DNA from: Camelus ferus
Lineage: Eukaryota
Assembly (NCBI RefSeq): GCF_009834535.1
Contig: NC_045697.1
Location: 53,508,001 to 53,572,000, forward strand
Direction of reading: 5' to 3'
Length of the DNA: 64,000 nt
Shown in pieces: positions 54,806 to 64,000 of this stretch (position 1 is its first letter; each line of letters opens with the position of its first letter). The notes beneath the pieces are model-generated. The model did no database searches. It worked only from the letters and a program-made list of their open reading frames with translations, and was not told the DNA's origin. The position numbers were made by a program, and so were the translations under genes.

Positions 54806-55523
54806 ATGTTGAACAAGAACATTCTACTGTTGTCTCTTCAGATAAGTCTTCTAGGAACCACTCTTGGTGGGAATGTCCTGATTTGGCCAATGGAAGGTAG
54901 TCATTGGCTAAATGTTAAGATAATTATAGATGAGCTGATTAGGAAAGAGCATAATGTGACTGTCCTAGTTGCTTCTGGTGCACTTTTCATCACACCAACC
55001 TCTCACCCATCTCTGATATTTGAAATATATAATGTGCCCTTTGGCAAAGAAAGAATAGAAGGAGTGATCAAGGACTTTGTTTTGACATGGATGGAAAATA
55101 GACCATCTCCGTTAACCATCTGGAGATTCTATCAGAAGATGGCCACAGTCATCAAAGACTTCCACATGGTGTCTAGAGAAATCTGTGACGGTGTTCTCAA
55201 AAACCAAAAGCTAATGGAAAAGATGAAGAAGAGCAAATTTGAGGTCTTGGTATCAGATCCAGTATTTCCTTGTGGTGATATAATAGCTTTAAAACTGGGA
55301 ATTCCATTCATATACTCTTTGAGGTTTTCTCCAGCCTCAACAGTGGAAAAACACTGTGGGAAGGTACCATACCCACCTTCCTATGTTCCTGCTATTTTAT
55401 CAGAACTCACTGACCAGATGTCTTTCAGTGACAGAATAAGAAATTTCATTTCCTACCATCTACAGGACTACATGTTTAATACTCTTTGGAAATCATGGGA
55501 TTCCTACTACAGTAAAGCTTTGG
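54806..55523 (+). CDS. UGT2A1: UDP-glucuronosyltransferase 2A1, first coding exon (signal peptide + aglycone-binding domain; 718 bp). Shared downstream exons are not in the window.
   Basis: ORF MLNKNILLLSLQISLLGTTLGGNVLIWPMEGSHWLNVK...WDSYYSKALG closely resembles UGT2A1; catalytic His in GSHW; donor TTGG|GTATGT at 55523/55524; upstream acceptor TTTTTGCTTAAAAAGCAG| at 54756. Confidence 0.96.
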
Positions 55524-56885
55524 GTATGTTACATTTTTTTATTATTTGAATTTGAACAAACACTTCTTTACTTCCCTATGGCTATTATTCTTCAATCCTA
55601 CATATTGATTAATATCATTTGATAGCAGGAAAGATGATAAAAGACACTATCCTTTGGAAATACAGTGTGTTGTTTTCTAATTTTATGGACTTGAAGATAC
55701 CACCTAAATTCTTTTATGGATAACAAACATATGGTGACAAATACCTAAACTTAAAAATAGGACTAAATTCCCATTTAGATATTACATTGAAAATAGAAAT
55801 TGCCTGGAAACTTCAGTGCGTGGGCTGTGGGGAAAGCTGGAAGAGATTCAGCTTTCTGCAAGCCTATTATTATAGACATCTGTGTGTGTTTAAAGCCATA
55901 TATGTTTATGGATATGATTATTGCACATAGATGTCCTACTATTTACTATTTACTAGGCACTCCCTTCAACAGGGAAGTTACAACAAAGACTAAGATAAAG
56001 CTCCTGGCTTCAAGAAATTTGCAGTCAAGCAGAGAAGTCAGACATGAAAAGGAATATTTACAGTATGACTAATGTGGGTAATGGAAATATGTATAAAGAA
56101 CAGAGGTAGTATAAAGGAAACAGGCACGTGAGATGAGAGAGTGGTATTCCGAAAAACTTAAAAGAGTTAAGGTGATACACAAGGAAATTTTTAAACAGTG
56201 AATATGAATTTTCCTACAAACTAAGTGTGGGGAGGAAAACAGTATGTTCCATGTTGTGGAGTCTTAAAATAGCAGTCTCAGTATTTAGGAAGGTCAAAGT
56301 ATAAAGTCGGGAGGCACGGGAAAGAATGCTAGAGATGTCAAAATTGCAAGAATGAATTTATTCAATAAGTATTCACAAAGTCTCTTGCATGTCATGCTAA
56401 GCATCTTGGTTTTTATCTAATAAGGAACTGGGGAATGTTGAAAGGGATGTATTATGACTGGATCACCTTTTATTTAAAATACCTGGACAGATGTGGACCT
56501 AGAGTGGAGGGTTGTTAGACTGTAGGCTACTGTATCATGCCTGGAAAGATGTGATAGGAGCACATACTAGTGAAGTAGCTTATAAACAGAGAAAAATAAT
56601 GAGATGAGACCACAAAGTAACAACTAGGAGAGCGGGCTGTTGATAACTGGTTCCCAGTTATGAGTGTGTGACCATGGAGGTGTAATTAAGTTTCTTTGCA
56701 CCTGCATTTATTTATCCCATCTCTAATAGGACTACTGAAAGAACTAAATTAGTTAACATATAAAAGGATTTTAAGACAGTGTCTAGGAGCTAATAACCAT
56801 TCAATTAGAGTTTATCAGATAAAATTAATAAAAGCTGATAACTGGTGAGGAGTGTTAAAGGGGGGATGAGGAAGAGATTAAAATG

Positions 56886-57405
56886 GTTTTTTTTTGTGAT
56901 ATAACTGACAAATAACATTGATTAGTTTTGGGTGTACAATACAATGACTTGGTATTTGTATATACTGCTACATGATGACCACAATAAGTCTGGGTAGCAT
57001 CTGTCACCACACATAGTTCCAATTTACTTTTCTTTAATAAGAATTTAAAGCTCTGCCCTTTTAGCAACCTTCAAAAATGCAATACAGTTTATCAGTAACT
57101 ACAGTCACCATGCTGTACATTAGATCCCCAGGACTTATTTATTTAATAACTGCAAGTTTGCACATTTTGACCACCTTCACACATTTCACGGATTCTCTAC
57201 CCCTCACCTCTGGCAACCACCAGTCTGTTCTTTGTATATACGAGTTAAGGTTTTGTTTTGTTTTGTTTTAAGGTTCCACTTATAAGTGAGATCGTATAGT
57301 ATTTGTCTTTCTGTCTGACTTATTTTACTTGGCATGTCCTCAAGCTCCAACCATGTTGTTCCAAATGATAGGATTTCCTCCTTTGTTATCATTAAATAAT
57401 ATTTC

Positions 57406-57456
<51 letters not shown>

Positions 57457-58423
57457 TTGCGTGCGCACGCACAAGCCATGGAAACAATCTAAGCGTCCAT
57501 CGTTGGATAAATAAAGAAAATGTACTACCGTATGTGACTATTGTAAATAATGCTGCAATGAACATGGGGGTATAGATATCTTTCCAAGTTGGTTTTCATT
57601 TTCTTTGGATAAATATTCAGAATTGGAATTTCTGGATCATATGGTAGTTCTATTTTTTATTTTTTCAGTAGCCTCCATATTGTTTTCCTTAGAGGCTGTA
57701 CCAATTTATATTCCCAACAACAGTGTGTGAGGATTCCCTTTTCTCCATAGCCTCACCAACATTTATCTTTTAGTTTTTTTTATAACAGCCATCCTAACTT
57801 GTGTGAGTTGATATTGTGTTTTTGATTTGCATTTCCTTGATGGTTAGTGTTGTTGAGCATCTTTTCATGTATCTGTTGGCCATTTGTATGTTTTCTTTGG
57901 AAAAATGTCAATTCAGATCCTCTGCCCATTTTTAGCCTTTTTTTTTTTTTTTCTACTAGGTTGGATAAATTTTTATATATATTTTGGATATTAGCCCCTT
58001 ATCAGATATATGATTTGTAAATACTTTTTTCCCTTTTGGTAGGCTGTCTTTTTATTTTGTTGATGGTTTCCTTTGTTGTGCAGAGGCTTTTTAATTTGAT
58101 GTAGTCCCACTTGTTTATTTTTGCTTTTGTTGCCTTTGCTTTTGGGTGTCAAATCCAAAAAATCACTGCCAAGATCTGTGTCAAGGAACTTACTGCCTGT
58201 ATTTTCTTCTAGGAGTTTTGTAGTTTCACTTCAGTGAGAATAAAAGTCTTTAATCCAATCTGAGTTAATTTTTCTATAAAGTATAAGATAGTGGTTCAGT
58301 TTCCTTCTTTCCCATGTGGGTGTCCAGTTTTCCCAACACCATTTATTGAAGAGACTGTCTTTTTTCTACTTTCTACTTGGCTCCTTTGTTACAAATCAAT
58401 TGACACGTATGAGTGGATTTATT
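56886..58423 (-). mobile_element. L1 3' end (L1MA-like), antisense in the UGT2A1 intron; includes (TG)n at 57408-57456
   Basis: Poly-T start, reverse 3' UTR and ORF2-end motifs (tttgatttgcatttccttgatg; tccagttttcccaacaccatttattgaagagact). Confidence 0.9.
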
Positions 58424-61400
58424 AAAGAGGAGTGTTAAGAGGGATGTAAGTTACAGTTGGTGCATCATCTCCTCTGGATATGTTCAATAGTTTCCCCCTA
58501 ATTCAAAAATAGATATTTATCGCCTGGAATGTAAACAAAGGCCCAGCTGTTCTGACATTAAGAGAGAATATGCATAGCTACTATGATGATTATAAACTAC
58601 CCTATGAAGATAAAAGTGAACAGTCAACATTGGAGGACTAAAGCTGGACCTTAAAAATAAAGAAGATAAAGAAATGGCAACTTTATGAAGCAATGAAGCT
58701 GTCAAGATCTTCAAAAACTCTTTAGTCTCCTCATGCACGTTGTTAACTAAGTGACATCTGAATACACGCAGCATCCAAGTTAATAAACTAGAGGAATGTG
58801 TATGGAGACGTCCTTGGTCACAATATATGTCCACATTTTTATCTCATCACTTATATTTTTATCAACTACTTGTTCTCAACCTTGGAATAATAATTGTCAG
58901 GATTACAATGCTCTTTATTAAATTGGTGAAATTACCCTTAGGTAAACCTTCCCCATGCTGGCAGTCTCAGAATCACATTTCATTCTATTTTACTTGTAAG
59001 TTAATGCTGGTAATAAAACCACACTATTTTCCTAGTCTTAACACATGAGAATAATCTTTCCTAACAATTTGTTCATGGGAATGTAATGAAGATTTCTAAA
59101 AACATTCTTACACTCTGATTTGGTAATATCACGTTTCTAATCAAATTACAATCTTCTGACTTAGAATGACTATTTAAGTTTGTTTTACTAAAACACAATA
59201 TTATTGATGCCCAGGGATATGAGCACACATATTCAAAAGATCAGGTAAGAAGTAGAAATACTGACAACTCAGAGTAATTTATTTTTGTGCAAGACTTTGC
59301 ACAAATGAAATGATAAATGAGGGTGATGAATGGACCTGACTTGTAAAAAGAACTTATTTCCAACTTGTAATTTGAATTTACATTTCACTTTAGCTTGAAC
59401 GCTCTAATCAAAGTCATTGCAACAAATCAAAATCGCCTCAGGTCTCAAATTGTCACACCTGAGTAAATAAATAGAGGACAATTTTCTGGGAGATTATTTT
59501 TCTTCAAGGAATGCTATAAGAACCACAGAGTGAGTCCTTAATCTCTGCTAATTTCTAGGAATTGGATATTATGATGTGGAAATTACTTCTTTTATTTCAG
59601 GTCATGGGTATTTGGTTTGAACTCACGAATATCATTAAGTAATAGCAGGTAATATTTGTTGATCTCTTTTGCACTGGACACCATAAGTGCTTCACATATA
59701 ATATATCTCTTAATCCTTGCAATGAACTTGTGAAGAGAAAACTAGTATGTAGACCAGTTTTTCTCTCCTTTTAAAATTTCAGATGTGAATCCATTAGTTA
59801 TTCAGAATATTTTTAGTTTAAACTTTCTTTGGTACTTTTCTTCTTCCTTTCAATGTACTTAGTTTTTGAAATCTGTTGTTCTATTTCTCGCCTATTTTAA
59901 TTTGCCAAATGGTGTTTAATTGGGCCATGTTATCACTAGGTAGTTTGCTCTTCCTTAAGGCGTAAGACTCCAGGTGACTGTTGCCTGGGGCGATTTGCCT
60001 GAGCATAGCTTTCTGGTCCTAAGAGCCTCACTTCAACTGAAAATAAGAAAAGGCTTCTGCAGAATTCAAATAATATTTGTTTAAATTTGAACCAGGCAAA
60101 TTCAATTTTTATGTTTATATTAACAAAAATACCATCAAAATTGAGGAAACATTTAAGAAAATAATGATGTAGCATTTTAATGCCAATAAAAATATTTATA
60201 AACCATAAATATTATCTATTGCTACCAGACAGTTTTATCCTGTGGCCATTATAAAAACAAATGGGTTTTGTTGTGAGTAAGCTTTATATATTAGATTTAT
60301 GTAAATATCTAATGTATTATTATATACAAATAATTAGGTGAACAACTTCTAAATTAATAAATTAATTTCTAAAAACTAATGCCATCTATAACAACATATC
60401 TTGAAAATATGTTAAATTCAGTAGGAAAAACAGCAGACCTCCAAAAAAGAAAAAAAAAATGACCATAATATTCAGCTCTTTACATGAACTAGGTACTCGC
60501 TGAGCACAAGTAATTAATGTAAAATAACGTGTTAGAAATGAAACAAATTTGAGTGTATATCTATCTCTCCATTAGTGCTTGATTTTCACTGTTCATTTGA
60601 AAGAAGATAAAAAATGTATTGGAGTCTTTCCTTTGAAGGGCAATACATTTTTGTTTGGATCTTTCTTTTTCTTTCTTTCTTTCTTTCTTTTTTTTTTTTT
60701 TTTTTTCTCTTCTCTTCCTAGCTTTTTCTTTGCTTCCCTCTCTCATTCCTTCCTTTCTGTTTCTATTTTTTAATTTAAGTTAATCTTGGTTGGTTAGGAT
60801 TTTCCAAATCACCACCGGTAGCATTCCCTTTTCCACAATTACCCGTGAGCCGGACAACAGCCATGGGCATGACATCCGAGACGGAATTTGCAGGGTGACC
60901 TGCACAATATCCAGGGAGAGCTTTCACTGGTTCTTTGTTCCCTCTCAGTGGAAGGGAATGAAGCTCAATCTTTATGCATATAAGCTTGAATTTTATATTT
61001 GTCTATTTCTTAAATCACTTGTAAACTTTGGTACTGAATACATTGTTAGTAATAGATCGCTTGTGATATGTCCGGAGACTGAGCATGACTGACGCTCGTG
61101 GAGGGACTTGCCCCTGTTTCGGCACATCCGCACCAAAGCTCAGGTGCCCCCGGGGAGCCATTGTGTGAGGGGTGGAAGAGAGGAGGTGGAACTAGGTGAT
61201 GAAATCTGTTTAAACTGGTCATTTTTAAAGTCAGATTCTCTCCCCACAATAGCATGTATAGCTAACATTCATTGAGCACAAATGCCGTTGGGAAGAATTT
61301 ACATGCATTGTTTCACACTGTCCTCACAACTACAGGAAATACACATCGTCATTCTTCCCCACTTTGTAATCAGGAGGCTAGTAACTTGCCTGAGGTTACA

Positions 61401-62047
61401 ATTAAGGAAATGGTGAAGCATTTGATGGCAGTCCTGGGGCGAAAAAGAAAGCTTTGGAAGATACTCAGTTTATATAGAGTAAAACAAAGAGAAAAAGAAG
61501 AGAGCGCACCTAAATTTAAAATTTCAAAGGAATTAAATAAATGCCAATCAAAGAACTCAAATGAAATGTAAGCATTAATGTAAGGCTAAAACTATAAGGT
61601 TACTAACGACTTGATTACTCAGGTTCCTAAAACAATATGAAGATTGATTTCCAGGCTTTTGCGCCACTGGAACCACGTCCAGACCTGAGAGACAATAAGA
61701 AATGAATCAGCACAATTCCGTCCCAGCCGTTCAGCGCATTATTCACGGAGCGCACGGGAAGAGTAAACCTTCAAGGCAGGACGTGTCTTCAGAGGAAAAC
61801 TATAATAAGAAAAACTCCTGTACAAAAATATTGTTTTGAGGATTTTTCAATTTAAACTAATAGCATAATGCGTATTTTAAGAAACTTTAATACTAATTTA
61901 ATTTTATACAGATGACTAAACATTCTCTAGCAGGCGTTAAATACAAAAATTTATTAAATTTTATTCTGAGAACTTTATATCCATTTTATTACTATTTGGA
62001 GCCCTCTCTTTTAAAATAAACAGAGAACAGAAAGGATCACTTGATTC

Positions 62048-62587
62048 TGTAGGCGGACAAAACTTGCCACCTCAAACTGTGTCTTTGGCTTGAGGATTAT
62101 TTGGGGCTGATTGTTTTTTTAGAATCAAAAGGTTCTGGAAGTCTTTCTTTTTACCCCTCCCTTAACTGCCTAAAATATTTTAGATAAAAGCCCTGGTCCA
62201 GGAAGAGCCCTCTCACCACAGATACCTACAAAGAACATGGGCTACTGTCAATGGAAACTCAACAGGGCCTGGAGGCCAACGTCCACTCCTGGTCCCATTG
62301 TCTCTGTGTGGCACCGAAAACACTTGTTTACCAAATACTGTTTCTCCACCTCTGTGCGAATTGCCTTCCTCCCCTTCGAAGTCCCCAACCCTACTCACTT
62401 CTCCTTCTCTCAGATGGCATATAAGCCTCAACTGCCCAACCTGTCCTTGGGCCTCATAGTCTTATGGAACCCCGTACATCATTAAATTTAGTTTTTCTCC
62501 TGTTCGTCTGTCTCATGTCAGTTTAATTCTTAGACAAGTTGGAAAAACCTAGAAAAGTTAGAGGGAAAGTTTTGTCCCTCCCTCACA
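62048..62587 (+). mobile_element. MER34-like ERV1 solo LTR (540 bp)
   Basis: TG...CA ends; 4-bp TSD ATTC at 62044-62047 and 62588-62591; MER34-like ends (acttgccacctcaaa...; gagggaaagttttgtccctccctcaca). Confidence 0.8.
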
Positions 62588-64000
62588 ATTCAAAATATAA
62601 GAACAATATTCAAATTCGTGCACATTTTCTATGGCTGATCTATTTTTCACTCATGGTACCTATATATTGATGTTTCACAGGCATGCGTTTTTAAAATTAT
62701 TTTCTGACCTCTTTGGTTATGTTTAAGATGCCATTATCAAATGTTCACAATAGGAAATGTCATGTTTTCTAATTTTTACTACTATAAAATGTATCTCAAG
62801 TATTCGATTTAAAAAGTGGAATATAGAAGAAAGAATACTTATGAATTACTAGTATTGTGACTTTCAGATTATTTAAACCTCTCTTGATCTTTTTTTCTCA
62901 CATACAAAATGATGGAGTTGGATAAGCTGGACTTGTACTGTCTCCAGAATGAAAACAATATCAGAATTCTGTTACGCAAAACTTATTCAAAATAGCTGTT
63001 AGTGAATTCATAAAGCAAACAAATATGTGATCCTTTTAAATTAGTGAACTTCATTTTGTCCTGAAATTGGGCTTATTTGGCAGGAGCTATTATTTTTTCA
63101 CTGATAGAAATTTAAATCTAAGTTTATACCTACATATGTCTCCAAATATTTATTTTCTATCTCTTTATAATTTTTGAATTTGCAATTATGAAACATTTCA
63201 GGAAACCAAAGAATAAATCTAAAGGACATCTACACTGATGTCAATGGGATTAAACACCTTAACATCCAAGAATAATTTGAAAACAAAAAGACATGTACAT
63301 CAGCTATTCATTAGTTCTATTATCTCCTATTGTTCTTTACTAAATTAGATAATTATGTTGTTTTCCTGAAGAGATCACTTAACAGTGGAAAGTTGATTCC
63401 TTGAACTCTTGAATGATTTTTTTTTTTTTTTTAATTCAGGGTAATTTAGGGCTGCCTACATGCATTTGATTCTGGAATATATATTGACAAGTTTTAAGTG
63501 CTAACATAGATATTGCTAGTGGGTAATTTCTTTTAAATCATTATATTATTTTTAAAAGGACTTCAATAATTAGACAGATCCCAGTATTTTATAGATAAAC
63601 TTTGGTTATCCCTTTTATGTTGTGTTTTGTCACCTTTTAATAAGGAGGTCATGATGACAACAGTTTTCTTTACGAAGATATTTCTTCACTAGGCCTGTTT
63701 TAATGGCCGTCAAGATGATTCCTACTGTCCGTTTACTGCTTTGTTTCAAAACCTAATTAATTTTAAAGGTACTGCCTCTGTACCAAATTGAGGCTAGCTC
63801 TTGGAAGGATACAAATACAATCATTCTAAAAGCATCACTTCTCTCTCCCCTCTTTCCCTTTCTCTGCCTTCCGGGTTCTTTTGTTACTCAAGGGCCTGAA
63901 ATTGCACAATTCAAGAGCAACAGAGTAAGAAGAGAAAAACTGCTACTTAATTTCCATTCTCAGTTCCTGGCTTCTATCCTTTTAATCTCTTTATTTGTTC

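Noticed and set aside
55524..55549. C-terminal MLHFFII* of the UGT2A1 ORF as a real protein end
   Set aside because: It is read-through into the intron past the conserved donor site.
56847..58448. GAGGAGTGTTAA repeated on both sides of the intronic L1 as its TSD
   Set aside because: The left copy is ~30 bp away from the L1 poly-T tail, so it is not a clean TSD.
59284..59305. Small hairpin TTTGTGCAA-GACT-TTGCACAAA
   Set aside because: A 9-bp stem in 64 kb of AT-rich DNA is compatible with chance; no supporting context.
55524..64000. UGT2A2 first exon or shared UGT2A exons
   Set aside because: No GNVLIWP/GSHW-type or GRPTT-type coding sequence seen in the ORF track or by eye; presumably beyond the window.

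Overview
Mammalian (eutherian) genomic DNA, AT-rich and dense in repeats; nothing here is prokaryotic. The + strand carries a complete SULT1B1 gene: 7 coding exons, 6973-20435, all GT-AG, 303 aa. About 34 kb downstream in the same orientation is the first coding exon of UGT2A1 (54806-55523), the gene order I recall from the human SULT1B1-UGT2A locus. The bovine-like SULT1B1 protein, the L1 3' UTR type and the apparent absence of Alu, B1, Bov-tA, PRE1 and CAN SINEs suggest a cetartiodactyl, probably a camelid (inference). The rest is L1, L2, MIR, MLT2/ERV solo LTRs and DNA-transposon relics. Most notable: (1) a 67-bp antisense 28S rRNA fragment with a perfect 18-bp target-site duplication (TSD) and no poly(A) at 29244-29310; (2) a ~3 kb heavily decayed Ty3/Gypsy-like gag-RT-RNaseH-integrase fossil on the minus strand, split by an MLT2 LTR; (3) loss of the usual SULT1B1 stop codon, giving a 7-aa extension, plus substitutions at normally conserved sites; (4) a ~110-bp inverted duplication of an L1 5' junction that may mark an inversion; (5) two twin-primed L1s and a micro-inversion inside an L1. 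Repeat family names and comparisons to orthologues come from recalled sequences, not database searches, and old-repeat boundaries are approximate.
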